Numbered from the stretch's first letter, positions 20,140 through 29,131 are shown. The stretch is DNA of 64,000 nt from an uncultured Ruminococcus sp. (GCA_902762785.1 CACWPL010000015.1:3478-67477); one strand, 5' to 3'. Notes: generated from the letters alone by a model not told the origin. A program made the numbers and translations.

Positions 20140-22020
20140 TCATCCCGCCGTGACCGGCTCGTTCTCGAAGAACACGCCGTACCAGACGAGGAACATGAAC
20201 ACCGTCCAGATCTTGCGGCTGTTGTCGGCGCGGCCGGCCCTGTGGTCGTCGAGGAGACGGACGAGCGCCTCCGTGTGGAAGAACCGGCGCCCTGCCTCGC
20301 TCTCGAAGCGCGCCTTCACGATGTTGTAATACGCGTCCTCCTTGAGCCAGACGCGGATCGGGACGGGGAAGCCGAGCTTCTTTTTCGCGGCGGTATCGGC
20401 CGTCTCGCGGGGGGTGTCCTGCTTGGCGGCCAGACGCATGGCATACTTGGTGACATAGGGGGTGTGCTCATCGGTGACGGCCTTGCGCGTCACACGGTAG
20501 CGGGTCGGGATGTGCTCGGCCACGGCCATGACCTCCTTGTCGAGGAAGGGCACGCGCAGCTCGAGGGAGTGCGCCATGCTCATCTTGTCGGCTTTGAGGA
20601 GGATGTCGCCGGCCATCCACATGTGCAGGTCGAGATACTGCATCTTCGTGACCTCGTCTGCGTCCTGGACCCGATCGTAATAATGGCGGGTCAGCACCTG
20701 CGGATCGGGGGCATCGGTCTGGATCTTCAGGAGAGACTTGCGCTCCTCGGGGGTGAACATATAGGCATTGCCGATGAAGCGCTCCTCGAGGTCCTTGCCC
20801 TTGCGGACGAAGAAGTTCACGCCGCGCTTGGCGGGGAGCTTTGCCGCCACGCTGCCGAACGTCCGGCGGACACCGCGCGGGAGGCGGTCATAGGCCGTGG
20901 CGTTCGGCTCGGAGTAGACATTATACCCGCCGAAGATCTCGTCCGCGCCCTCGCCGGAGAGCACGACCTTGACCTGCTCGGACGCGAGCTGGCAGACGAA
21001 GAACAGCGCGATCGCGGCAGGATCTGCGAGCGGCTCGTCCATCTGGTACTGGATATGGCGCAGCTCGCCCCAATACTCTTCGGGGGAGATGACCTTGGAG
21101 AAGTTCTGCTTGCCGATGGCCTTGGAGAAGCGCTTGGCCCATCCGATCTCGTTGTAGCGCTCGTCCTCGCCGAAGCCGACGGTGAAGGTCTTGTCCACGT
21201 CCGCGACGGCGGCCACATAGCTGGAATCAACGCCCGAGGACAGGAACGACCCGACCTCCACGTCCGCGATCTTGTGCGCACGCACGCTGTCGTGGAACAC
21301 CTCCGAAACGGCCTTGACCCAGTCCTCGAGGGAGGGGGACTCGTCCGGCTGGAAGCGCACGTCCCAATAGCGGCGGATGTCGAGCTTGCCGTCCCTCCAG
21401 AGGAAATAATGCGCCGGCTGCAGGCGGTAGACGCCCTTGAAGAACGTCTCGTCCATGGCCGAATACTGGAAGGTGAGGTACTCCTCAAGGGCGGCGGTGT
21501 TGAGCGCTTTCTCGAAGGACGGGTGCTTGAGGAACGCCTTGATCTCGGAGCCGAAGAGGAGCGAGCCGCCCATCTCGGCATAGTAGAGCGGCTTGATGCC
21601 GAAGAAGTCCCGCGCACCGAAGAGGGTCTTGGACGCCTTGTCCCAGATGACGAAGGCGAACATGCCGCGCAGGCGGGGGAGCAGGTCGGTGCCGTACTCG
21701 CGGTAGCCGTAGATCAGGACCTCGGAGTCGGTGTTCGTCGCGAAGCGGTAGCCCTTGGCGATGAGCTCCTCGCGCAGCTCGCGGTAGTTGTAGATCTCGC
21801 CATTGAAGACGAGCACGAGCTGGCCGTCCTCGCTGTAGAGCGGCTGGTCGCCTTGGCTGGAGATGTCGATGATGGAGAGCCGCCGATGCCCGAGGGCGAT
21901 GTCGTCATCGACATACTTGCCGCCCGCATCGGGGCCGCGGTGGCGGATGGTGTCCATCATGGCCTCCACGACCGTGCCGTCATCTCGAATCGCGTTCGTA
22001 AATCCTACAAATCCACACAT
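20140..22020 (-). CDS. asnB: Asparagine synthase (glutamine-hydrolysing)
   Basis: Starts MCGFVGF (Ntn Cys2), HRGPD, SSGVDSS synthetase motif; AAAGGAG RBS before ATG 22020 (track ORF begins 22068). Confidence 0.93.
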   Translation of the reverse strand: MCGFVGFTNAIRDDGTVVEAMMDTIRHRGPDAGGKYVDDDIALGHRRLSIIDISSQGDQPLYSEDGQLVLVFNGEIYNYRELREELIAKGYRFATNTDSEVLIYGYREYGTDLLPRLRGMFAFVIWDKASKTLFGARDFFGIKPLYYAEMGGSLLFGSEIKAFLKHPSFEKALNTAALEEYLTFQYSAMDETFFKGVYRLQPAHYFLWRDGKLDIRRYWDVRFQPDESPSLEDWVKAVSEVFHDSVRAHKIADVEVGSFLSSGVDSSYVAAVADVDKTFTVGFGEDERYNEIGWAKRFSKAIGKQNFSKVISPEEYWGELRHIQYQMDEPLADPAAIALFFVCQLASEQVKVVLSGEGADEIFGGYNVYSEPNATAYDRLPRGVRRTFGSVAAKLPAKRGVNFFVRKGKDLEERFIGNAYMFTPEERKSLLKIQTDAPDPQVLTRHYYDRVQDADEVTKMQYLDLHMWMAGDILLKADKMSMAHSLELRVPFLDKEVMAVAEHIPTRYRVTRKAVTDEHTPYVTKYAMRLAAKQDTPRETADTAAKKKLGFPVPIRVWLKEDAYYNIVKARFESEAGRRFFHTEALVRLLDDHRAGRADNSRKIWTVFMFLVWYGVFFENEPVTAG

Positions 22021-22097
22021 ACAGAACTCCTTTTCTATGATTATGTCTATGTTCTGTCTCATGAGCACGTCGGCGCGATGGCCGGCGCCTCTATCCT

Positions 22098-22126
22098 ATT
22101 ATACTATATCCGCGCGGGAAATGCAA
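22098..22126 (-). promoter_or_regulatory. Promoter for asnB (and possibly the downstream HD-pyrB-guaA string)
   Basis: Minus-strand TTGCAT (22121-22126), 17 nt, TATAAT (22098-22103). Confidence 0.7.
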
Positions 22127-22165
22127 CAAATTTTCATGATTTTTTGAAAAACATCGGAAAAGCAC

Positions 22166-22194
22166 TTGCAAATCAGGCGCTTTTAGGGTATAAT
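22166..22194 (+). promoter_or_regulatory. Promoter for ORF 22260
   Basis: TTGCAA (22166-22171), 17 nt, TATAAT (22189-22194). Confidence 0.65.
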
Positions 22195-22259
22195 ATTACA
22201 GAAGGAAAACGGATATTCGCGGACGCCTGGGCGCCCGCAGGGAGGAGCGAGAGCACATC

Positions 22260-23009
22260 ATGGCAAAGAAAAGACGCAAGCACGGGAGAGTCGAAGCGGC
22301 GAAGCAGCGGCCGCGGATCCAGTTCCGCATCGGGGCGCTGCTGGGCATCATCGCAGGGACGTTCCTGCTTTGTTTTTTGATCTACATGGTCAGGGCCGTG
22401 TCCTCGGACACCTACTGGGAGGAAGAGGTCGTGGCGAGCATGGAGAACGAGCAGAAGGGCGGCGCCGGCAAGAGCGGCGGCAGCGCCGGGGTGACGAACC
22501 CCGTGCCGTCCTCGGAACGCGCGGACGACAGCCGCATCCAGGAATGTGCGTTCATCGGCGATGTATCGGGATTCATCAACCGTTATGAGACGAACGCCTC
22601 GTATGTCTTCACGGACACGGTGCTGAGCATGTCGGAATCCCGCATGCGGAGCATCGCGCGGAGCATGAAGAGCGATCCCCCGACGGCGGCGTACATCTGG
22701 TACCAGGTGCCGGAGGACCCCGAGAAGGCGCAGCAGGCCGTGGCCTCGCTGGCGGACGCGCTCCACGATCAGATCGGCGTGCCGGTCTATCTGCTGACGG
22801 CGGTCCCCGCGGCAGACGCGGACACCAACCGCCGCGTGGACACCTGGAACGCCGCGCTGTTCTCCCTCGCGGACGAGATGGGGCTCCACTATGTCGACAT
22901 CAACACGACCCTCAAGGCCAATGACGGCACCCTCTCCCCGACCTACCAGGACGAGGAGGTCCTCTACAACACGGTCTACGATCAGATCCTGACCCATGTC
23001 GCAGACTGA
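22260..23009 (+). CDS. Membrane-anchored hypothetical protein, weak SGNH/GDSL-hydrolase-like ectodomain
   Basis: Basic N-terminus plus one TM helix (IGALLGIIAGTFLLCFLIYMV); CAFIGDVSGF resembles block I with Ser replaced by Val; assignment tentative. Confidence 0.4.
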   Translation: MAKKRRKHGRVEAAKQRPRIQFRIGALLGIIAGTFLLCFLIYMVRAVSSDTYWEEEVVASMENEQKGGAGKSGGSAGVTNPVPSSERADDSRIQECAFIGDVSGFINRYETNASYVFTDTVLSMSESRMRSIARSMKSDPPTAAYIWYQVPEDPEKAQQAVASLADALHDQIGVPVYLLTAVPAADADTNRRVDTWNAALFSLADEMGLHYVDINTTLKANDGTLSPTYQDEEVLYNTVYDQILTHVAD

Positions 23010-23022
23010 GCATCGTCACTTC

Positions 23023-23048
23023 GAGCGCCCCGCAGAGATGTGGGGCGC
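23023..23048 (+). terminator. Terminator-like hairpin after ORF 22260
   Basis: AGCGCCCC-10 nt-GGGGCGCT followed by ATGATTT. Confidence 0.55.
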
Positions 23049-23054
23049 TATGAT

Positions 23055-23083
23055 TTGACATTTTTCGCGGGATGTGCTATAAT
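23055..23083 (+). promoter_or_regulatory. Consensus promoter for the NYN/PIN-like gene
   Basis: Exact TTGACA (23055-23060), 17 nt, TGc-TATAAT (23078-23083). Confidence 0.8.
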
Positions 23084-23146
23084 AGAGGCGAGCATGGGGC
23101 ATGTCCGTCCTGCGCTCGCATCATCATCATAAGGAGGTGAAAAAAC

Positions 23147-24100
23147 ATGGCGATCTATCTGATCGACTACGAGAACGTCTACATCGAGGGATTGCAGGGC
23201 ATCGAGCAGCTCGGGAGCGAGGACAGGGTGCATATCTTCTACACCCAGAACCGCTGCGGTCTGACCTTTGGCCTGTACGAACAGCTCCTCTCCTGCGCGG
23301 CGCAGGTCAAGCTCAACGAGGTGAGCCTGAGCCCCAAGAACGGCGACCCCGTGAAGAACGCGCTGGACATCCAGCTCATGATGTACACCGGCTACCTGAT
23401 CGGCACAAAGCAGACGGATGCTATCTATATCGTCAGCAGGGACAAGGACTTCCTGCTGGGTGCCGAGTTCTTCCAGAGCTTCATCCATGACGACGCGATC
23501 GCGCTGCGGCAGGTGAGCTCCATCGAGGAGGCGCTCCGTCAGGACGAGGCCCCGGCCGAGGAGGAGGCGCCCTTCGACGACCTGCTCCCAGAGGAGCCCG
23601 AGGCGGAGACGCCGCCGGAGGGGTATGTGAGCTTCGTGCAGGCGCTGCGCACGCCGGATCCTGCGGGATTTGCGGCGTTCGTGGACCGCTTCGCGCGTGA
23701 CGATGCGCCGGCTGCGACCGCGGCCGATGCGCCCGCGCTGCTCGACGAGCTGAGCGATGAGGAGGCCGCTGCCGAGCTGCCGCTCTATGGCCGCATCGTC
23801 CTCGACGACATCAAGGTGCCTGCTCCTGCCAAGACGTCCCACGACTCCCCGCGCTTCGCGGTCCAGTTCACGGACACCGTCCGCGAGCTGCTCGGCAAGG
23901 GCGCCGATGCCGCGACCGTCGGCGATGTCTGTGAGATCATCTCGTCCTCCGAGACGCTCGTCGACCTCAACAACGGCCTCGCCCGCTACTACCGCGACGG
24001 CGATGGGGAACGTGCCAAGACGCTCTACCACAAATGTAAGCCCCGCTTCGACGACCTGCGGCGGCTCGCACGTCCCGGCCACGCCCGGAACAAGGGCTGA
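23147..24100 (+). CDS. NYN/LabA-like (PIN-fold) domain protein with acidic linker and C-terminal helical domain
   Basis: 317 aa; IYLIDYENV..., ALDIQLMMY..., IVSRDKDF match the NYN acidic-residue pattern; long E/A/P-rich linker; the C-terminus could be OST-HTH-like (unverified). Confidence 0.55.
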   Translation: MAIYLIDYENVYIEGLQGIEQLGSEDRVHIFYTQNRCGLTFGLYEQLLSCAAQVKLNEVSLSPKNGDPVKNALDIQLMMYTGYLIGTKQTDAIYIVSRDKDFLLGAEFFQSFIHDDAIALRQVSSIEEALRQDEAPAEEEAPFDDLLPEEPEAETPPEGYVSFVQALRTPDPAGFAAFVDRFARDDAPAATAADAPALLDELSDEEAAAELPLYGRIVLDDIKVPAPAKTSHDSPRFAVQFTDTVRELLGKGADAATVGDVCEIISSSETLVDLNNGLARYYRDGDGERAKTLYHKCKPRFDDLRRLARPGHARNKG

Positions 24101-24117
24101 TGCCCGTATCGAACAGA

Positions 24118-24154
24118 GAACGCCCCGCCTTCGGTCAGAGAAGGCGGGGCGTTC
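24118..24154. terminator. Bidirectional terminator (NYN gene / trkH)
   Basis: Perfect 15-bp stem GAACGCCCCGCCTTC/GAAGGCGGGGCGTTC, 7-nt loop, T-rich flanks on both strands. Confidence 0.8.
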
Positions 24155-24170
24155 TTGTCTGTACGATGGG

Positions 24171-25607
24171 TCACTTCTTGCGCACGGTGAAGAGCACCAG
24201 CAGCGGGTAGATCTCCAGTCGGCCGAGGAGCATGTCGGCGGAGAGCAGGAGCTTCGCCCATGCCGAGAAGCCGGCGAAATTGCCCGACGGTCCGATCTCG
24301 TTGAGGCCGGGGCCGACATTGTTCATGCAGGTGATGACGGCGGTGACGGTCGTGGGGACATCGTGTCCGTCCAGTCCCAGCAGCAGCACGGAGACGGCCA
24401 GCAGGAACATGAACACGATGAAGTAATACCCGATCCCATGGACGACCTCCTTCGGCACCGCGCGTCCGTCACACTTGACGACGACCACAGAGCGCGGGGA
24501 GAGGGTGCAGCGGATCTCCTTCAAGGCGCTCTTGAAGAGCACCATGATGCGCATGACCTTCAGGCCGCCGCCGGTCGACCCGGCGCATCCGCCCACGAAC
24601 ATGAGCACCATCAGGATGGTCTGCGAGAAGAACGGCCATTCCGTGTAATCCGCCGTGGCGAAGCCTGCGGTGGAGATGATCGTCATGACCTGGAAGGACG
24701 CGTAGCGGAAGGCTTTCAGGAGGCTGCCGTACACGGAGGTGATGTTCCCCGTGATGAGGATGGTCGCCACGGCGGCGATGCCCAGCAGGACGTGGAGCTC
24801 CTCATTCTTGAGCGCCTGGAGCCCCTTGCCGGTCACGACCATGAAGTAGAGCGTGAAATTGACGGAGAACAGCAGCATGAAGACGGTCACGACGCCGTCG
24901 ACATAGGCGCTGCCATAGTCGGCGATGCTGCCCGCGCGGCAGGAGAAGCCGCCGGTGCCGGCCGTGGAGAAGGCCGTGGTGATGGCGTCGAAGAAGGGCA
25001 TCCCGCCGCAGAGCAGGAGGATCATCTCCGTGAGCGTCAGGGCGATGTAGATGCCGTAGAGGATGCGGACGGAGCTGCTCATCTTGGCCACGAGCTTGCC
25101 GGCCGTGGGGCCTGCGGACTCGGCACGCACCAGATGCATCGTGCGCGTGTCGCTCTGCGGGAGGATGGCCAGCATGAGGATGAGTACGCCCATGCCGCCG
25201 ATGAAGTGCGTGAACGCGCGCCAGAACAGACAGCTCTTCGACATGCTCTCGATGTCGGTGAGGATGGTCGAGCCGGTGGTCGTCAGGCCCGAGGCCGTCT
25301 CGAACACGGCGTCCGCCAGATTCGGGATCTCGCCGGAGAAGAAATAGGGCAGCGCCCCCAGGAAGGAGCACGCGATCCACGCCACGGCCACGACCGCCAT
25401 GCCCTCACGGGTGAAGACGCTCGTGTCCTTGGGTTTTTTGAGCGTCAGGACCGTGCCGAGGAGGATCATCCCGATCCCGACCCCGGCGAAGGCCAGTGCG
25501 CTCGGCCTCTCGCCGTAGACGCCCGCCACGATCAGCGGGAAGACCATCAGGATCCCGACCGCGCGTACGATCTGCGCGGTCAGGTAGAATATCATCTTAT
25601 GATTCAT
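24171..25607 (-). CDS. trkH: Potassium uptake protein TrkH
   Basis: 478-aa polytopic protein with repeated pore-loop motifs (TTTG, TAGF, GGCAGSTGGG). Confidence 0.92.
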   Translation of the reverse strand: MNHKMIFYLTAQIVRAVGILMVFPLIVAGVYGERPSALAFAGVGIGMILLGTVLTLKKPKDTSVFTREGMAVVAVAWIACSFLGALPYFFSGEIPNLADAVFETASGLTTTGSTILTDIESMSKSCLFWRAFTHFIGGMGVLILMLAILPQSDTRTMHLVRAESAGPTAGKLVAKMSSSVRILYGIYIALTLTEMILLLCGGMPFFDAITTAFSTAGTGGFSCRAGSIADYGSAYVDGVVTVFMLLFSVNFTLYFMVVTGKGLQALKNEELHVLLGIAAVATILITGNITSVYGSLLKAFRYASFQVMTIISTAGFATADYTEWPFFSQTILMVLMFVGGCAGSTGGGLKVMRIMVLFKSALKEIRCTLSPRSVVVVKCDGRAVPKEVVHGIGYYFIVFMFLLAVSVLLLGLDGHDVPTTVTAVITCMNNVGPGLNEIGPSGNFAGFSAWAKLLLSADMLLGRLEIYPLLVLFTVRKK

Positions 25608-25619
25608 GCGCCGCCTCCG

Positions 25620-26978
25620 TCAATCCTGGAAGATCTCGTCGAGGCTGGCGATCTTGCGGTTGGTCGTCACGACCACGACGCTGTCGTTCACCTTGAGGCA
25701 GTCGGCGCCGGAGGGGATGATGCGCTTGTTGCCGCGGATGACGCCCGCGATCAGGAAGCCCGGCCGGAGCTGGAGCTCGGACAGCGGCTTGCTGACGAAC
25801 TTCGTCCCGCCGCGCACGATGAACTCGATGGCCTCGAGCTTATCCTCCGCGAGGCGGTAGAGGGTGATGATGTTGCTGTTCTCGGAGTTCTTCTTGGCGC
25901 GGACGTATTGCAGGATCAGCTCCGCGGTGGTCTCGATGGGCGAGACGACGTTCTCGAGCCCGACGCTCTCGGAGATGGGCAGGAGGGACGTGCGGTTGAT
26001 CTTGGTGACGACCTTGTCGACCCCGAGCTTCTTGGCGTAGAGCGAGAGGATGATGTTCTCCTCATCGATGCCGGTCAGGGTGATGAGCGCGTCCGTCCCG
26101 GCGAGGCCCTCCTCGAGGAGGATGTCCTGGTCGGTGCCGTCGGCCTGGATGACCTCGGCGCGGGGGAACCACTCAGCGAGCTTGTCGCAGCGCTCCTGCT
26201 TCTGCTCGATGATCTTGACCTGGAAGCCCAGCTCGAGGAGCTGGCGGACGAGGTAATAGCTGATGCGGCCGCCGCCGACGATGATGCAGCTGCGCATCCG
26301 GCTCTTGACGTCGCCGACCTCCTTGTAGAGCTTGGCGAGCTCGGCGTGCATGGCGGTGATGTAGATGCGGTCGCCGGCGAGGAGCGTGGCGCTGCCGTCC
26401 GGGATGGTGACGTCATCGCCGCGCCGCACAGCGCACACGAGCAGGTGGAGCTTGAGCTTGCGGCGGATGTCCATGAGCCGGAGCCCGTCGAGGATCGAGC
26501 CGGGGAGCACCTTGATCTCGGCGAGGTCCATGCGTCCCTTGGCGAAGGTCTCGACGTGGAGCGCGTTGGGATAACGCAGCATCCGCGCGATGGCGCCGGC
26601 GGTCTGGTATTCGGGGTTGATCATCATGCTCACGCCGAGCTCCTCGCGCATGAACACGAGCTGCTCCCCGTAGATGGGATTGCGCACGCGGGCGATGGAG
26701 TGCCGCGCGCCGCATTTGCGTGCCATCAGGCAGCACATCAGGTTGATCTCATCGGACTCGGTGACGGCGATGATGATGTGTGCCTGATCGACGTTCGCCT
26801 CCTTCAGGTCACTGACGATGAGCGCATCGCCCGTGACGCCCTGGATGTCGTTGTTGTCGACCATGTCACGGACGACCTCGGGGTCCTTGTCCATGACGGT
26901 GATGTTATGTCCCTCGCTGCAAAGCGTTTCAGCCAGGATGCTCCCGGCCTTGCCGCAGCCGACGATCAGTATATCCAT
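25620..26978 (-). CDS. trkA: Potassium uptake protein TrkA (tandem RCK/NAD-binding)
   Basis: 452 aa; two Rossmann motifs (ILIVGCGKAGS, CIIVGGGRISY). Confidence 0.93.
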   Translation of the reverse strand: MDILIVGCGKAGSILAETLCSEGHNITVMDKDPEVVRDMVDNNDIQGVTGDALIVSDLKEANVDQAHIIIAVTESDEINLMCCLMARKCGARHSIARVRNPIYGEQLVFMREELGVSMMINPEYQTAGAIARMLRYPNALHVETFAKGRMDLAEIKVLPGSILDGLRLMDIRRKLKLHLLVCAVRRGDDVTIPDGSATLLAGDRIYITAMHAELAKLYKEVGDVKSRMRSCIIVGGGRISYYLVRQLLELGFQVKIIEQKQERCDKLAEWFPRAEVIQADGTDQDILLEEGLAGTDALITLTGIDEENIILSLYAKKLGVDKVVTKINRTSLLPISESVGLENVVSPIETTAELILQYVRAKKNSENSNIITLYRLAEDKLEAIEFIVRGGTKFVSKPLSELQLRPGFLIAGVIRGNKRIIPSGADCLKVNDSVVVVTTNRKIASLDEIFQD

Positions 26979-27050
26979 ACATTACCTCTTTTCATCAGGG
27001 CGCCGCCGGAAAACAGCGGTGCCGCTCTCGTACACACTGTACTATCATGC

Positions 27051-27079
27051 ATTATAGCACGATCACGCGGCTTTGTCAA
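27051..27079 (-). promoter_or_regulatory. Consensus promoter for trkA-trkH
   Basis: Minus-strand exact TTGACA (27074-27079), 17 nt, TGc-TATAAT (27051-27056). Confidence 0.8.
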
Positions 27080-27174
27080 GGCGGTGGGGATGCAGAGAGG
27101 CGATAAATGGTCAGTCACGGCGGAAATACGGCCTTCGTACAGAAAGAAGGCGTCCCCGCGAACGGAAAGACCCT

Positions 27175-27203
27175 CTTGCAGATCGCGGCGAGATGTGGTA
27201 TAA
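27175..27203 (+). promoter_or_regulatory. Promoter for ORF 27252
   Basis: TTGCAG, 17 nt, TGg-TATAAT (27198-27203). Confidence 0.65.
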
Positions 27204-27251
27204 TATAGAGGATAGACACGAGACCTCCCATCGCAGAAAGGAGCGGTCGAC

Positions 27252-27599
27252 ATGCTCATCCTCATGATCTTCGCGGGCATCTGCCTGCTGGCGGCGGTCG
27301 GCATCATGGCCTACGCCTTCACCTATGACAAGCCCAAAAAGCCCCGTCCGCTCCCGCCGGAGCCGGAGCCGCTGCCAGGCGGCGGGGGGACGTATGTCCT
27401 CCACACGTCCGGGCTCGATGCCGCCGCGGCCGCGCGCGTCGTGACCGCGCTGATCGCCCTCCCGGGCATCGCCGCGAAGGCCGACACGTCCACGGGCGAC
27501 ATCACCGTCCGCTACCAGGGCATCCCCGCGCTCTCCCTCCTCGACGACCTCCGCGCTGCCGCCGAGGGCGCCGGCGTCACGGTCACGGAGATCGAGTGA
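27252..27599 (+). CDS. Small membrane-anchored protein with HMA-like (ferredoxin-fold) domain lacking metal-binding cysteines
   Basis: 115 aa; N-terminal TM helix, Pro-rich linker, then VLHTSGLDAAAAARVVTALIALPGIAAKADTSTGDITV... where HMA proteins carry CxxC; tentative. Confidence 0.4.
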   Translation: MLILMIFAGICLLAAVGIMAYAFTYDKPKKPRPLPPEPEPLPGGGGTYVLHTSGLDAAAAARVVTALIALPGIAAKADTSTGDITVRYQGIPALSLLDDLRAAAEGAGVTVTEIE

Positions 27600-27623
27600 G
27601 ACCGTTCGCCAGTGCAAATTTGC

Positions 27624-27653
27624 CTTGCTTTTTCCTTTTAGATATGGTATAAT
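27624..27653 (+). promoter_or_regulatory. Promoter for miaB
   Basis: TTGCTT, 18 nt, TGg-TATAAT (27648-27653). Confidence 0.6.
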
Positions 27654-27706
27654 GATAAGGTGCCGCTCTGCGACACTGAGAAGGTGCCGCTCTGCGACAC
27701 CTTATC
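27654..27706 (+). repeat. Two exact 20-bp direct repeats enclosed by a 9-bp inverted repeat at the start of the miaB leader
   Basis: AAGGTGCCGCTCTGCGACAC at 27657-27676 and 27681-27700 (4-nt spacer TGAG); outer GATAAGGTG/CACCTTATC; each unit can fold as GGTGCCGC-tct-GCGACACC. Confidence 0.9.
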
Positions 27707-27733
27707 TGACGAAAGAGAAAGGATGTGGATGCC

Positions 27734-29131
27734 ATGCAGGACACGCCAGATCTGAACGCGCTGCCCTCACAGGAGGACTGCATCGCGGCCGTGCGGGCGT
27801 GGCTCGCGGAGCGGCCGTCGCAGCCGCTGGCCTATCTGCACAGCTTCGGCTGTCAGCTCAACGTGGCCGACGGCGAGAAGCTCACCGGCCTCCTCCAGGC
27901 CATGGGCTATGGCCTCACGGACGATGTGGAGCGAGCCTCCCTCATCCTCTACAATACCTGTGCCGTCCGGGAGAACGCCGAGGACCGCGTCTTCGGCACG
28001 CTCGGCAGCATCAAGCACCTCAAGGCGCGCGACCCCGGCCTGATCCTCTGTGTCACCGGATGCATGACCGCACAGGAGAGCGTCGCTGAGAAGATCCGTC
28101 GGTCGTATCCCTATGTGGACATCGTCCTCGGCTCCTCGGCCGTGCAGCGCCTCGCGCCGATGCTCTATGCCCACATGCATGGGATGCGCCATGCGTGGGA
28201 CATCCAGACCTACACTGACATCCCCGAGGGCGTGCCGACCGTGCGGGAGAGCAGCTTCAAGGCCGCCGTGCCCATCATGTACGGCTGCAACAACTTCTGC
28301 ACCTACTGCATCGTCCCCTATGTCCGCGGACGGGAGCGCAGCCGCGCCCCGCAGGACATCCTCGCGGAGGTGCGCGGCCTCGTGCGGGACGGCTACAAGG
28401 AGATCATGCTCCTCGGGCAGAACGTCAATTCCTTCCGCGGCGACGACCAGATCCCCGACTTCCCCGCGCTCCTGCGCGCCATCGACCAGATCGAGGGCGA
28501 ATTCTGGATCCGATTCATGTCCTCGCATCCCAAGGACGCCTCGCCGGCGCTCATGGACGCGCTGCTCGAGTGTCGGCACGTCGCCAAGCACCTGCATCTG
28601 CCCGTGCAGTCCGGCAGCGACGAGATCCTGCGGCGCATGAATCGGCGCTACACCACTGCGCGCTACCTCGAGGAGATCGCGTATCTGCGCGACCGAGACC
28701 CGGATTTCTCCATCACCACCGACCTCATCGTCGGCTTCCCGGACGAGACCGAGGCGGACTTCGAGGCCACGCTGGACATCGTGCGGAGGGTCCGCTATGA
28801 CAACATGTATGCCTTCATCTATTCCAAACGGACGGGCACCAAGGCCGCGCTCCTGCCGGACGGCGTGAGCGATGCGGAGAAGTCCGCCCGGATGGGGCGT
28901 CTGCTGGCTTTGCAGCGCGAGATCGCGGAGGAGAACAACCGCCGCTTCCTCGGCCGCACGCTCACCGTCCTCGTGGACGGCACCAGCAAGAAACGCCCCG
29001 GCAGCCTGACCGGCCGCAGCTCGGAGAACATGCTCGTGGAGTTCCCGGGCGACCCCGCGCTGATCGGGCAGTTCGCAGAGGTCAGGATCGACCGGACGCG
29101 CAGCGGTGCGCTGTTCGGCGAGATCGTTTGA
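27734..29131 (+). CDS. miaB: tRNA-i6A37 methylthiotransferase MiaB
   Basis: UPF0004 N-domain (FGCQLN, NTCAVRE), radical SAM CNNFCTYC, TRAM C-terminus; start ATG 27734 (GTG 27725 possible). Confidence 0.93.
   Translation: MQDTPDLNALPSQEDCIAAVRAWLAERPSQPLAYLHSFGCQLNVADGEKLTGLLQAMGYGLTDDVERASLILYNTCAVRENAEDRVFGTLGSIKHLKARDPGLILCVTGCMTAQESVAEKIRRSYPYVDIVLGSSAVQRLAPMLYAHMHGMRHAWDIQTYTDIPEGVPTVRESSFKAAVPIMYGCNNFCTYCIVPYVRGRERSRAPQDILAEVRGLVRDGYKEIMLLGQNVNSFRGDDQIPDFPALLRAIDQIEGEFWIRFMSSHPKDASPALMDALLECRHVAKHLHLPVQSGSDEILRRMNRRYTTARYLEEIAYLRDRDPDFSITTDLIVGFPDETEADFEATLDIVRRVRYDNMYAFIYSKRTGTKAALLPDGVSDAEKSARMGRLLALQREIAEENNRRFLGRTLTVLVDGTSKKRPGSLTGRSSENMLVEFPGDPALIGQFAEVRIDRTRSGALFGEIV

Noticed and set aside
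26979-27050. c-di-AMP (ydaO-type) riboswitch upstream of trkA
   Set aside because: The leader between the -10 element and the start codon is only about 70 nt, too short for that class, and shows no pseudo-twofold ACGR/CCC motifs.
27657-27700. Direct repeats, considered as a possible CRISPR fragment
   Set aside because: There are only two 20-bp copies with a 4-nt spacer inside a promoter-proximal leader, and no cas genes. This is not a CRISPR array.
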